DNA from: an uncultured bacterium
Lineage (GTDB): Bacteria > Krumholzibacteriota > Krumholzibacteriia > WVZY01 > JAKEHA01
Direction: 5' to 3'
DNA length: 64,000 bases
Assembly: GCA_964588695.1 (NCBI GenBank)
Contig: CAZPQK010000016.1
Location: 95 to 64,094, forward strand
The position numbers were made by a program, and so were the translations under genes. Positions 1 to 9,469 of this stretch are shown piece by piece. Position 1 is the stretch's first letter. Each line of letters starts with the position of its first letter. A model generated the notes under the pieces. That model did no database searches, was not told where the DNA came from, and worked only from the letters and a program-made list of their open reading frames with translations.

Positions 1-607
1 CAGGGTTGACGCCGGTACTGCCGACTATGAGTTCATTGTAAGAGAGCGTTGTGATGCCACTCCCACCGGGATCCATCAAGTACACTTCCTGGATGCTGGG
101 CGGTATGATTGAATAACCATAAACGCCAATCATATGGCCGGGGGCTTGCGTAGCAGAATTCGGTTGACAGGAAACGAGAAGGTAAGGTTCATTCACGCCG
201 AGCGAGCAAAGGTACTGGAGCTGGAGGGCTTCAATCGTCGGCGGTTCAGGAATAAACAAAGGATCCCCCAACCGCCAGTAGAAACCCCATTGCGACCTCA
301 TCGCCGAATAAATCTGTCCATCCGTGTAGTAATGAAAAGAACAAGGGTATGTCCAGTGACAACAGACGCAGCCTGACCCGCCATTAATGACACACAGATC
401 ACTTACTAAATCGCATGGATAAGGAAGCGTGTTGAAAGCGGACATCACCCAAGCAACCGTAGTCGGTCCACACCAATGCGGTGTTTCTTGGTACCAAGCG
501 TCGGTCCGTCGATCGGGTCCATAACAACTGCCGCTTTGGGCCTCGACGAAGACTGCCCAAATCAACACGCAACCCGCTACCGCTACAAACATCGACTGCG
601 CTTTCAT
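1..607 (-). CDS. Partial (runs off window start) secreted Cys-rich protein with a papain-like / peptidase C39-like motif
   Basis: Manual translation of the minus strand from ATG at 607-605 gives MKAQSMFVAVAGCVLIWAVFVEAQS... (signal peptide) followed by ...QETPHWCGPTTVAWVMSAF..., which resembles the catalytic Cys region of C39-like peptidases. The ORF has no stop inside the window, so the six-frame track misses it. Its ATG overlaps the TGA of the upstream gene (ATGA). Confidence 0.4.
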   Translation of the reverse strand, partial: MKAQSMFVAVAGCVLIWAVFVEAQSGSCYGPDRRTDAWYQETPHWCGPTTVAWVMSAFNTLPYPCDLVSDLCVINGGSGCVCCHWTYPCSFHYYTDGQIYSAMRSQWGFYWRLGDPLFIPEPPTIEALQLQYLCSLGVNEPYLLVSCQPNSATQAPGHMIGVYGYSIIPPSIQEVYLMDPGGSGITTLSYNELIVGSTGVNP

Positions 608-1230
608 TCCGCATCACCGGTCCGAATAGCATCAATTCGCCCGAGCAACCGTGCCGGGGAAACACCCCTTTTGACTCGACTATCGAATAATGGGATCTTT
701 GATTTCGTCGCGGTCCTTTCATCGAGTGCAGCGACGACCTTGGATCCATTGGCTTCGAAGGCGAGAAACTTCCCTACGTAGGGCACGACCAGGTAATAGG
801 CCGAATTCTTTGAAGGCTCCTCCAGCGAAACCCATGCGTTTAGTCCTGCATGGTCATGGAACACTCGTTGGACTACATATTCCCCTTCTCGCGTACCCAC
901 CACGAGCCCGCCCATCAAACGGCCGTCCTTCGCGAAAACCGGGAAGTTTTGGGAGTTTCCAAATTGGCGAGATTCGAGAGTTGGCCCCCGTGACTCGTTT
1001 CCGCTCCGAACGACATAGCCACGCATCGGCGTTCCAATGCGAAGGTCAGTTAGATCGAAACTGTCGTCGAGCCGCCAATGCATTCGAACAAAGCTGTGGT
1101 CTTGCGTCAGCCAAGTTTGTAGGTACTCGTGCGCAGCAATCCGGGCACCGTCAGGCGTCTCCTCCACGTTCCCCGCCTGCGGCATCAAAAGCAAGCTTAC
1201 AACGAGAAAGACTCTCTTAAGCATCTGCAT
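604..1230 (-). CDS. Hypothetical secreted protein
   Basis: ORF 604..1299. The internal ATG at 1230 is preceded by GGGAGG 5 nt upstream and yields the signal peptide MQMLKRVFLVVSLLLMPQAGN. No recognisable family. Confidence 0.5.
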   Translation of the reverse strand: MQMLKRVFLVVSLLLMPQAGNVEETPDGARIAAHEYLQTWLTQDHSFVRMHWRLDDSFDLTDLRIGTPMRGYVVRSGNESRGPTLESRQFGNSQNFPVFAKDGRLMGGLVVGTREGEYVVQRVFHDHAGLNAWVSLEEPSKNSAYYLVVPYVGKFLAFEANGSKVVAALDERTATKSKIPLFDSRVKRGVSPARLLGRIDAIRTGDAE

Positions 1231-1433
1231 CAAACCTCCCGTTTTGTTACTCTCATCGGCCTTAGACTGATCGTAGTGCAGGCTCCGATTGTACGCCATC
1301 TACTTTGTCCTTAAGACCGCTCATTGCCGCGATATCGCGTTTTGGTTGTCGGTGTCCATGTGTCGTCTGTCGTGCAGGGGGATCAAAAGGTCGCTAGGTC
1401 GCTCCGCGCCAGCATCCTTTTAGGTGCTGGCGT

Positions 1434-1790
1434 CTACGCCGCGACGCCAAGCTTCTTAGCCTGGCGGACAAGCGCTCGGTCAAAGGTCATCATCGCGCAA
1501 TTCGAGAGGATAGTCGACGCAAGCAAGTGCATGTCAATCCAACCAAGCCCGGTTGCGAACAGGTTGCGGCGCGCGACGAATTCTAACACCTCGCTGTGTG
1601 TTGCTAGTTCAGCGGTCGGCAACGAATCCAACAACGCCAATATCTCGGCGCGGTTCTCCAAACCTCCGCACGCGATCTCACCCACTACGAATGGGTGAGT
1701 CAACACGTCGCCGCTGTTCAGCGTTTCAGCAAGTTCAAGGCTACCTACCCTTAGGTGATCTATCCACACCGAAGTGTCGACCAAAATCAC
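1434..1790 (-). CDS. vapC: Type II toxin VapC (PIN-domain ribonuclease)
   Basis: N-terminus MILVDTSVWIDHL is the classic VapC PIN signature, with acidic residues D5/E and a conserved later D. It overlaps the upstream antitoxin gene by 4 nt. Confidence 0.85.
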   Translation of the reverse strand: MILVDTSVWIDHLRVGSLELAETLNSGDVLTHPFVVGEIACGGLENRAEILALLDSLPTAELATHSEVLEFVARRNLFATGLGWIDMHLLASTILSNCAMMTFDRALVRQAKKLGVAA

Positions 1791-1987
1791 GAGCGGCTCG
1801 AATCACGCCGACGAGGAACCGCTCCTAACTTCTTCTCAGAGCCGCCCAACGCAGCCAACCTTTTCGCGCTCGCGAGTGCGATAAGGGCTTCAAGTCCCAT
1901 TCTCACGAGCGCGGTTTTCTCGGAAACACCGGTCAACCTGGTCGCCTTTTCAAGCAAATCAGAATCAATATTCAGCGTAGTTCTCAT
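1787..1987 (-). CDS. vapB: VapB-family antitoxin (small DNA-binding protein)
   Basis: Internal start MRTTLNIDSDLLEKATRLTGVSEKTALVRMGLEAL... matches the VapB / DUF2191-type antitoxin pattern. It is a ~66-aa product immediately upstream of and overlapping vapC. The track ORF 1787..2080 is longer, but the upstream part runs into the repeat element. Confidence 0.7.
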   Translation of the reverse strand: MRTTLNIDSDLLEKATRLTGVSEKTALVRMGLEALIALASAKRLAALGGSEKKLGAVPRRRDSSRS

Positions 1988-2065
1988 GTGCATGAATATG
2001 CATGGTCGATACATATCTGTCAAGCGAGGTCTTCGGCCGCCCGACGCTGAACGATCGGTCCCCCT

Positions 2066-2160
2066 GGGAGGGGGAAACAAAAGGCGGGATTACATTCATT
2101 GTGGATGTAATCCCGCCCTTTTGCGTCTACATACGCATGTCGCGACCAGCGCTGGTCGTG
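2066..2160. repeat. Copy A of a ~95-bp intergenic repeat element with two hairpins; on the minus strand the first hairpin is followed by TTTTGTTT (terminator-like)
   Basis: gggaggggg...GGCGGGATTACATTCattgtgGATGTAATCCCGCC cttttg ... CGACCAGCGCTGGTCG. The first hairpin is a 13-14-bp inverted repeat and the second is a perfect 16-nt palindrome. A second copy lies at 3882-3977. Confidence 0.7.
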
Positions 2161-2173
2161 CTGATCGTAGTCT

Positions 2174-2560
2174 TTACAGCTCGAACTTGACCGGAATCGC
2201 GACGTAAGCGCGGGTTGGCTTCGATTCTAATTCTGCCGGTGTGAACTTCCACTGGCTGACCGCGTCCAGCGCCGCCGATTCGAAGCGTTGGTCGGAGCTG
2301 CGCAGCACCGCCGTGGAAAATACCGACCCGTCGACGTCGACCAGGACCTTTACCAACACCGAGCCCTCCACGCGCTCAGCACGGGCGTCGGCTGGGTAGT
2401 CCGGCAACACCGACTCCACCAATGTGGGTGGCGCGTCGAAGCGATAAAAGTCGGCGGGTTGATCGGACGCAGGTTTAGAGTCCGAGCCGGTAAACAGAGA
2501 CGGCATGCAGGCCGTGAGCGTAATGGCCAGGGAAAGCGAGACAACGAGTAACGTTTTCAT
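2174..2560 (-). CDS. TonB C-terminal-domain lipoprotein (energy transducer TonB family)
   Basis: Lipoprotein signal MKTLLVVSLSLAITLTAC. The C-terminal PDYPADARAERVEGSVLVKVLVDVDGSV...LDAVSQWKFTPAE matches the TonB_C fold signature. Confidence 0.65.
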   Translation of the reverse strand: MKTLLVVSLSLAITLTACMPSLFTGSDSKPASDQPADFYRFDAPPTLVESVLPDYPADARAERVEGSVLVKVLVDVDGSVFSTAVLRSSDQRFESAALDAVSQWKFTPAELESKPTRAYVAIPVKFEL

Positions 2561-2670
2561 GAGTGCTCCTCCGTTGTTGGGACCGTGGGGAGTTCTTGAT
2601 AAGAGTAGCGCCCGCAGATTGCGACGTCAAACGCAATGCCAAGCCGGATTACCGGCCACGGCGATGATAG

Positions 2671-3054
2671 CTACCCAACCTGGGTGCCTACCCACCAGGT
2701 TGTGCCGCCCGCGTCACGAAAACCGCCGCGCTTGTCGGGATCGTCCTTCTGCAAGGGTTCCTGCACCGCTTCGGCACCGGCGTCGATCGCTTTCTTAAAC
2801 GTCGCATCGACATCGGGAACGTAAACATGAACATGTGTTGGAATCGACGACCACTGCCCGGGTACGGCATCGGCGAGCATCACCACCGTGTCGTCGATTC
2901 GCACTTCGGCGTGAACCACACCGCGATCGTCGTCGGTGTAATAACGGAGTCGCTCCGCACCGAATACTTTCTCGAGAAACGCAATCGTCGCATCGGCGCC
3001 ATCAACAATCAGGTACGGCGACACCGACGTGTAGTTATCGGGCTTGAAACTCAT
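2671..3054 (-). CDS. VOC-family (glyoxalase/bleomycin-resistance/PhnB-like) protein
   Basis: YLIVDGADATIAFLEKVFGAE...VVHAEVRIDDTVVMLAD... is the PhnB/VOC pattern. Confidence 0.75.
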   Translation of the reverse strand: MSFKPDNYTSVSPYLIVDGADATIAFLEKVFGAERLRYYTDDDRGVVHAEVRIDDTVVMLADAVPGQWSSIPTHVHVYVPDVDATFKKAIDAGAEAVQEPLQKDDPDKRGGFRDAGGTTWWVGTQVG

Positions 3055-3077
3055 GGGATTGGTTCAACCTTTCAGAA

Positions 3078-3788
3078 CTAGTTGGGCCGCGGCCCGGACC
3101 ACATCGCCTTAATGCGAGCGGGCCCACGTTGACCGGGTTCAATATCCTTAAAGTGCCAGATTACTCGACAACCATCAACAAGCACCGGGTTAGAGGACAA
3201 GCATTTCAAACCATCTGGCGGGCATTCATCGAATGACAGCTCAATGACAGCACTTCCAATTGCACCTGACCACGAGGCTCCTGTCTCTAAGACATAATCA
3301 AAGAATCGATCCACACTTCTAGGTTTGCGAACCAACGTGCCTCCAGCATCGGATGCATAAACCACTCTAACCACACGAGTCTGACCCGCGGCGAAGGAAA
3401 CCTGTTTTGTCCACCAGTTCGTGCCTCCGCCAGTGTTGTCTTCTCCGAGTTGTCGCGTCGCCGCTATTGGCTCGCCGTCGACAAACGATTCAAAGGAATG
3501 GAACGGCTCCCCCTCGTCCAACGCGCCACCCCACGACTCCGGAAAACCGAGCATAACCGTAGCTGCTTGCCCGCTGTTAATTAGAACGAACAGGCATTCC
3601 GTTGTGATCAGGCTACTTGAAAATGAAACACGAGCCTGAACATACTCCGCCGCCATGGTGATCGCGGGATGCTCATCGAGCAGCTTGACGGTACCGCCAG
3701 CGCCGGATATCCAACCGTCGTTCGCTCGGGCGGCGCCAGGCATAACTAGCACCATCGATGTTGCTACTAGCACCAGGAATCTAGCCAT
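3078..3788 (-). CDS. Hypothetical secreted protein
   Basis: Signal peptide MARFLVLVATSMVLVMPGAARA. No confident family assignment. Confidence 0.5.
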   Translation of the reverse strand: MARFLVLVATSMVLVMPGAARANDGWISGAGGTVKLLDEHPAITMAAEYVQARVSFSSSLITTECLFVLINSGQAATVMLGFPESWGGALDEGEPFHSFESFVDGEPIAATRQLGEDNTGGGTNWWTKQVSFAAGQTRVVRVVYASDAGGTLVRKPRSVDRFFDYVLETGASWSGAIGSAVIELSFDECPPDGLKCLSSNPVLVDGCRVIWHFKDIEPGQRGPARIKAMWSGPRPN

Positions 3789-3881
3789 TACAGTTCTGCT
3801 CTCATGAGAATGTGCTTAAGGAACAATCAGTATACAAAAAGCCCGGACCATCGCTGACCACGGCGTCGCGCGTCCTTCTGC

Positions 3882-3977
3882 GGGAGGGGAAAGTAAGGGG
3901 CGGGATTACATTCGTAGTGGATGTAATCCCGCCTCTGGTTTGGCTATATACGCATGTCACGATCAGCGCTGGTCGTG
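3882..3977. repeat. Copy B of the ~95-bp two-hairpin repeat element
   Basis: gggaggggaaagtaagg GGCGGGATTACATTCgtagtgGATGTAATCCCGCC ... cacgaTcagcgctggtcgtg. About 85 percent identical to copy A and in the same orientation. The second hairpin keeps pairing through a T-G change. Confidence 0.7.
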
Positions 3978-4043
3978 ACTCCAACATCTCCGGCCATTGC
4001 AGGTCGGGCTGGCTGCATTCCGGAAAAACACAGAACCGGAGAA

Positions 4044-4533
4044 TCACCGCGACGACGAATCGAACCGCCAGCGGCCAAGAACACTTACACGAACCTCCAC
4101 GTCGACCGGCACTATGGTTGTGACAATTCCCGGCACCGAAACAGCTTTCATTTGAGTCGCCTGGAAACTAGTTCTAAACGTTGGATTATCTGGGTAGTGC
4201 GTGGTTAGCTCAATAAGTTGGCCGAGAACTCCACCGGCTGCATCCGCCATCGCGTTCGCATCCTGTTTTGCGCTGTCAACGGCATCGGAAATCGCCTCGC
4301 GGCGAAGGCTGTCGGCCCTGGTTGATGACCATCGCACCGACTGGATGGTTGCCGACTCACCTTGAAGTACCACATCTACAAGTACTCCGACTTGTCGCAA
4401 CGACGTTGCCGTTAAGCGCAACTGTCGCTGTTCCTTTTGAGGTAACAACTATTTCAGGTGGGGTTGTGGTGGTCGCTACGGCGGGGGTTAGCAGAAGCAC
4501 TAGCAAAGAAACGATCACATTTTTCATGATCAT
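4044..4533 (-). pseudogene. SIMPL/DUF541-family secreted protein gene split by a frameshift
   Basis: ORF 4357..4599 carries the RBS (AGGGGGG) plus signal peptide MKNVIVSLLVLLLTPAVATTTTPPEIVVTSKGTATV (SIMPL N-terminus). ORF 4044..4448 carries the rest in another frame, and the two overlap at 4357-4448. This is either a real frameshift or a sequencing error. Confidence 0.5.
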
Positions 4534-4598
4534 CCCCCCTTTCTGATAGAAATCTATTGCGTCGACCGGACCTCCGCAAGAACTCACTACGCACGCCA

Positions 4599-4631
4599 CA
4601 AAAAAGCCCCGACCATTCCTGATCGGGGCTT
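4599..4631 (-). terminator. Rho-independent terminator downstream of dnaK
   Basis: On the minus strand: AGCCCCGATCAGGAATGGTCGGGGCT followed by TTTTTTGTGG. Confidence 0.6.
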
Positions 4632-4657
4632 TGTGAGTTTGACTCTTGTAAAGTCGG

Positions 4658-6484
4658 CTACGAAATGTAGTCCGTCGAATCCGGCGCCGAGTACATGAGT
4701 TCGGCGAACTTGTGCATGATCGCCTGCAGTTGACCCGTCGCCTTCTTCAGCGCAACCACGTCGCGGTCTGCGGAATCTTTGGCTTCGCGCAGCTCTTGCA
4801 TCGCGGAATTGATGTCGGCAAGGTCGCCGTCGCTGAACTTGTCGCGGAAATCCTTGATGGTTTGCTCGGTCGAGTAGAGAAGAATCTCGGCCTCGTTGAG
4901 CGCTTCCGAAAACTGCTTCTTGACCGCGTCGTCGTCGGCGTACTTCTCGGCATCTTCGATCATGCGGTTGATCTCGCCTTCGCTAAGACCGCTCGCCGTC
5001 TTGATGACGATCTCTTGCTTGCGACCCGTGCCCAGGTCTTTGGCCGAGACGTTTACGATACCGTTGGCGTCAATCTCAAACGCGAGTTCGATCTGCGGAA
5101 CACCGCGCGGGGCCGGCGGGATACCAACCAGGTCGAAGCGACCCAGCGTGCGGTTGTCCGACGACATCTCACGCTCGCCTTGCAGTACGTGAACACTAAC
5201 CGCCGGCTGGTTGTCGGTTGCGGTCGAGAAGATTTGCGTCTTCTTGGTCGGCACCGTCGTGTTGCGCGGGATTAGCGCAGTCATCACGCCACCGAGGGTT
5301 TCGATACCCAGCGACAGCGGCGTCACGTCCAGCAGGATAACCTCTTCGACGTCACCGTTCAGCACGCCACCCTGAATCGCGGCACCGCGGGAAACAACTT
5401 CGTCGGGGTTAACACCCTTGTGAGACTCTTTGCCAAAAAACTTCTTAACCGCCTCGCGGACGGCAGGCATGCGGGTCGAACCACCGACGAGGATCACGTT
5501 ATCGATGTCGCCGGTGGTTAGCCCTGCGTCCTTGAGCGCTTGCTTACACGGATCGATGGTGGCCTTAATCAAAGGCTCGACCAGCTTCTCCATGGTCGCG
5601 CGCGTCAGCACCACTTCCAGATGCTTCGGTCCCGATTCGTCAGCCGCCAGAAACGGCAAGTTAATGGTCGTCTCCAGGGCCGACGAAAGCTCACACTTGG
5701 CCTTCTCAGCGGCGTCCTTGACGCGCTGCATGGCCATTTTGTCGCCAGAAATATCCATCCCGGCGTCGTTGTTAAACTCCTCAACAATCCAGTCCATGAT
5801 GACGCGGTCAAAGTCGTCGCCGCCAAGGTGAGTATCACCCGCGGTTGACTTAACCTGAAACACACCATCGCTAAGTTCGAGGAGCGAAATATCGAAAGTA
5901 CCGCCACCAAGGTCATACACAGCGATAGTTCCGGACTGACCTTTGTCCAACCCGTAGGCCAACGCTGCAGCGGTGGGCTCGTTGATAATGCGAAGAACTT
6001 CCAAGCCGGCGATACGACCGGCGTCTTTGGTGGCTTGACGCTGAGCGTCGTTAAAATACGCGGGAACGGTGATGACGGCCTGGGTTACCTCTTCGCCGAC
6101 ATACTCTTCTGCAACCGCCTTTAGCGTTTGCAGCACCATCGCAGAGATCTCTTCGGGGCGAAACGTCTTGTCCTGAATGCGGATCAAGACATCGTCCTTC
6201 TTGCCCTCTTCGGCGATGTACGGAACTTTACCAGCTTCGGCTTTCGCCTCTTCCCAGCGGCAACCGACGAAGCGCTTTACCGAGTAGATCGTCTGTTCCG
6301 GGTTGGTGATGGACTGCCGCTTAGCGATATGTCCTACCAAACGCTCGCCGTTCTTGGCGAACGCGACAACCGAAGGCGTTGTACGAGCACCTTCGGCGTT
6401 CGGAATGACGGTGGGCTCGCCGTTCTCAACGATGCTTACGCACGAGTTGGTGGTACCCAAATCGATCCCGATCACCTTGGACAT
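4658..6484 (-). CDS. dnaK: Molecular chaperone DnaK (Hsp70)
   Basis: [24 protein letters not shown]...[25 protein letters not shown] before the ATG at 6484. The track ORF starts further upstream at 6544. Confidence 0.95.
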   Translation of the reverse strand: MSKVIGIDLGTTNSCVSIVENGEPTVIPNAEGARTTPSVVAFAKNGERLVGHIAKRQSITNPEQTIYSVKRFVGCRWEEAKAEAGKVPYIAEEGKKDDVLIRIQDKTFRPEEISAMVLQTLKAVAEEYVGEEVTQAVITVPAYFNDAQRQATKDAGRIAGLEVLRIINEPTAAALAYGLDKGQSGTIAVYDLGGGTFDISLLELSDGVFQVKSTAGDTHLGGDDFDRVIMDWIVEEFNNDAGMDISGDKMAMQRVKDAAEKAKCELSSALETTINLPFLAADESGPKHLEVVLTRATMEKLVEPLIKATIDPCKQALKDAGLTTGDIDNVILVGGSTRMPAVREAVKKFFGKESHKGVNPDEVVSRGAAIQGGVLNGDVEEVILLDVTPLSLGIETLGGVMTALIPRNTTVPTKKTQIFSTATDNQPAVSVHVLQGEREMSSDNRTLGRFDLVGIPPAPRGVPQIELAFEIDANGIVNVSAKDLGTGRKQEIVIKTASGLSEGEINRMIEDAEKYADDDAVKKQFSEALNEAEILLYSTEQTIKDFRDKFSDGDLADINSAMQELREAKDSADRDVVALKKATGQLQAIMHKFAELMYSAPDSTDYIS

Positions 6485-6571
6485 CTTGCGCTCCTTAAGA
6501 CAGTAATTTTGACCGCGCGGCACTTCTTGCCGCTCTATCGTCACTAGCGCCGCAAATCGGGCCGCTAAGTG

Positions 6572-7285
6572 TTATTTTGCAACGATGACTTTCGCAGGGC
6601 GAATGACGGTCTCGTCCAGGAGGTAACCCTTTTGGACCACTTCGGCGACGCAGCCAGAATCGACGTCTTGCGATTCTATTTGGCCAACCGCCATGTGGTA
6701 GACGGGATCGAAGGGTTGGTGGAGGGATTCGGCCTCAGTAACGCCGAACTTCTCGAGGACTTGCAGGAAGTTGTTATAAATCAACCGAATACCCTGCTGG
6801 AATTCGTCGTCCTCATCCCCAGCAACCGAAAACGCCCTTTCAAAGTCATCAACGACATTCAGAATCTCGAGGATGACTTCCGTTTTCGACTGCTGTTTTA
6901 GCAATTCCCATTCCTTACGGGAACGTTTGCGGTAATTTTCGAACTCAGCGACCGAGCGGAGCCACTTATCGTTTAACTCCTTTATTTCCTTGTCTTTCTC
7001 GACGTTGGCTTTGTTAAGCTTAACGATGATCTCGTTCTTCTCGAGCAAGCGATTGAGCACTTCGTCCTTCGACGGCCCCTTGCCGTCTGCCGCGTTTGAC
7101 AATTCCTTAGCCAACCCACGCTTTTTGCCCGGTTTATCGCCACTCGGCCTGGCCTCGGCGGCCGCTTCCGCCTCGGCAACTGCCTCGGCGTACGGGTCGT
7201 CGCCCTCAATATCGATTTCGATCTCGAGGGCTTCGTCGTGCTCAACGCCGGCGGATTTGGGATTATGTTTCGAGCGGTCGCTCAA
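6572..7285 (-). CDS. grpE: Nucleotide exchange factor GrpE
   Basis: The C-terminal ...HQPFDPVYHMAVGQIES...VVQKGYLLDETVIRPAKVIV matches GrpE. It sits immediately upstream of dnaK. Confidence 0.9.
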   Translation of the reverse strand: MSDRSKHNPKSAGVEHDEALEIEIDIEGDDPYAEAVAEAEAAAEARPSGDKPGKKRGLAKELSNAADGKGPSKDEVLNRLLEKNEIIVKLNKANVEKDKEIKELNDKWLRSVAEFENYRKRSRKEWELLKQQSKTEVILEILNVVDDFERAFSVAGDEDDEFQQGIRLIYNNFLQVLEKFGVTEAESLHQPFDPVYHMAVGQIESQDVDSGCVAEVVQKGYLLDETVIRPAKVIVAK

Positions 7286-7309
7286 GGGAACTCCTTGCAG
7301 TGGTTTGGC

Positions 7310-8350
7310 TTAGAAGCGTTCCTCGCCAATCGCACGCAGCTCGCGTGCGATCGAGTGTACCAGAGCCAACCCAAGGTCGTAACGCATTCGAGTGGGCCCG
7401 ATGATACCAAGCACGCCCCGTGCCGCCCCCACACGGTACCCCGCTGTGATCAAGCTAAAGGGATGGAGCGCATCGTCACCATTTTCGCTGCCAATCGTCA
7501 CCTGGGTGTCGTTTGACTGCCGCGCAGCGAGGATCGACATAAGGTAATCCTTATTATGTAGGAGCTTTAGAACAAGCTGCAACACTTTTGGGTCCAGAAA
7601 CTCCGGCTGATTGAGTAGCTTCCCCTGCTCCTCATAGTACATCTCCGCGGCCGGAGGCTCGGAAAACACCTCGTCGCGCCGAATCGCGACCTCCCGAACC
7701 AAGACCCCCTCGTCGGTAACGTTGTCCTTAGGCAGGCCGGTAAGCGCCGCTTTTGCGTCCTCAATTGTCTTCCCGGCTACTCGCTCATTGAGCGTGGACT
7801 CCGCAGCTTCTACGGTGGCCTGCTCAACTTCGCGGTCCAGCCGTAGGGTCGTGATGCTTTCAAAGTCGGTGTCAAGAATGGCAATCGCCAGTACCTTTAC
7901 CGGACTCAACCGTACCAGCCGCAATTGGGTAACCCGGTTCTCCTGGCGGACCAACCCGTAGATGACCGCAAAATTCTCCGACATATCGCCGAGTAACTTT
8001 GAGGCCTGAGACATGAGTTCGAAGATGTTAAAACGACCCGCTCGAAGACGCGCGCGGCAAGAGTTCACTATCTCTTCGCGGTGCGTTCTGGTTTCGTCAA
8101 GGTTGTCCACGTACCATCGGTAGCCTTCGTCGGTTGGCATACGGCCGGCCGAGGTGTGCGGCTTGGCTAGATATCCGGTGCGCTCGAGTTCGGCCATGTG
8201 ATTGCGAATCGTCGCGGTACTGCACGGGTGCTTGCCCGTCTCGATGACGGCTTGCGAACTCACCGGGGCGCCATCGGACACATACAGCTCCACAACCGTG
8301 TGCAATACGCGGGCGGTGCGTCCGTTGTTATCGAGCGATTCGTTAATCAT
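7310..8350 (-). CDS. hrcA: Heat-inducible transcription repressor HrcA
   Basis: N-terminal winged helix NGRTARVLHTVVELYVSDGAPVSSQAVIE and HrcA-length C-terminal domain. Position is hrcA-grpE-dnaK. Confidence 0.9.
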   Translation of the reverse strand: MINESLDNNGRTARVLHTVVELYVSDGAPVSSQAVIETGKHPCSTATIRNHMAELERTGYLAKPHTSAGRMPTDEGYRWYVDNLDETRTHREEIVNSCRARLRAGRFNIFELMSQASKLLGDMSENFAVIYGLVRQENRVTQLRLVRLSPVKVLAIAILDTDFESITTLRLDREVEQATVEAAESTLNERVAGKTIEDAKAALTGLPKDNVTDEGVLVREVAIRRDEVFSEPPAAEMYYEEQGKLLNQPEFLDPKVLQLVLKLLHNKDYLMSILAARQSNDTQVTIGSENGDDALHPFSLITAGYRVGAARGVLGIIGPTRMRYDLGLALVHSIARELRAIGEERF

Positions 8351-8353
8351 AAT

Positions 8354-9466
8354 CTAATGGGCGCGAGGATCGAGAGCGTTGGCCACTCGCAATACAATAT
8401 CATTAAGTAACAGGAACCCCTCATCGGTTAGCCGCCAGCGATCGCGTTCGCGCACCGCCCATCCTTCGTCGGCGAATGACTGTAACTCGGATTCGGCGGC
8501 GGCAACGTCGGCGGCCAGCAACCCACGGTCGGTGCGTAGCCCTAACATTAGCTGCTCAATTACCTCGGCGTTCGCGTCGGTGGGGTCGTCGGTACGCAGT
8601 TCCGCGGTCGACCACCCTTGGGCGGACAAGTAGCGATCCAAAGACGGACGATTGGAAAACCGTCGCCCCTCGCTAAACGAATGCGCGCCCGGCCCGACCC
8701 CGATATACGCGCCTCCATCCCAATATACGCGGTTGTGCGCCGACTCAAACCCATCGCGCGCAAAATTCGATACTTCGTAGTGGCGGTACCCCGCGGCCGC
8801 CATGTGCTGACACACAATGCGATACTCGTCGGCCGCCCGATCGTTATCAACCGCAGCCAAAAACTTAGCCACTTCGTGCTCCATGTCGCCACCCGGCTCC
8901 AGGCAGTACACCGAAAAGTGCTGTGGACCGCGCTCCAGAAGCCGAACAATCGTGTCGGTGGTCTCAGCAACGCTGCTGCCCGGTACTCCCAACAGCACGT
9001 CAAAGCTAACATTGTCAAACTCGCGCTGCACCAACTCCATCGCCGCCAGATTCTGTTCGGGCGAACAACGTTTAAGCACCTTCTGCGGAATCGGCTGCAT
9101 CGACTGAACACCAAGACTAATGCGGTTAACACCGGCGCTGCGTAGAAAAGCGAGTAACTCCGACGTCACGTCTTCGGGATTAAGTTCGCAGGTTACTTCG
9201 GTGGTTGCGTCGTCGCGATACATCGCGACCACTTCCAGCAGGCGTGCGAATTGCGAAACTGGCAACACGCTCGGCGTGCCCCCACCAATGAAGATCGTAT
9301 TGAGCCTGGTTTCAGTTGCATCGCCCAACGAATGATGAATCTCGCGGATAACGGCGTCCACATAGGGAACGACGTTCGCATCGATCTGCTGGACGTGATA
9401 GAACGAACAGTAAGAGCAGCGTCGCGTACAGAACGGGACGTGAACGTACAGCGACACTCGCCTCAT
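8354..9466 (-). CDS. hemW: Radical SAM heme chaperone HemW (HemN-like, oxygen-independent coproporphyrinogen III oxidase family)
   Basis: MRRVSLYVHVPFCTRRCSYCSFY (CxxxCxxC radical-SAM motif) followed by a HemN C-terminal-type domain. Confidence 0.85.
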   Translation of the reverse strand: MRRVSLYVHVPFCTRRCSYCSFYHVQQIDANVVPYVDAVIREIHHSLGDATETRLNTIFIGGGTPSVLPVSQFARLLEVVAMYRDDATTEVTCELNPEDVTSELLAFLRSAGVNRISLGVQSMQPIPQKVLKRCSPEQNLAAMELVQREFDNVSFDVLLGVPGSSVAETTDTIVRLLERGPQHFSVYCLEPGGDMEHEVAKFLAAVDNDRAADEYRIVCQHMAAAGYRHYEVSNFARDGFESAHNRVYWDGGAYIGVGPGAHSFSEGRRFSNRPSLDRYLSAQGWSTAELRTDDPTDANAEVIEQLMLGLRTDRGLLAADVAAAESELQSFADEGWAVRERDRWRLTDEGFLLLNDIVLRVANALDPRAH

Positions 9467-9469
9467 GAG

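Noticed and set aside
134-749. Track ORFs 134..376(+), 399..749(-), 476..781(+)
   Set aside because: All overlap the continuous minus-strand partial gene 1..607 (signal peptide + Cys-rich domain) and have no RBS. Judged spurious.
4712-5275. 187-aa plus-strand ORF (and several 60-130-aa ORFs) inside dnaK
   Set aside because: Antisense to a highly conserved, confidently identified gene. Typical long spurious ORFs of high-GC DNA with no RBS or family signal.
6544-6572. Possible CIRCE operator between grpE and dnaK and upstream of hrcA
   Set aside because: Spacers are only 3-28 nt and contain no TTAGCACTC/GAGTGCTAA-like inverted repeat. See the finding on absent CIRCE.
8560-9145. 190-aa (-) and 175-aa (+) ORFs inside hemW
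   Set aside because: Alternative frames of a well-supported radical-SAM gene. Arg/Pro-rich junk translations.
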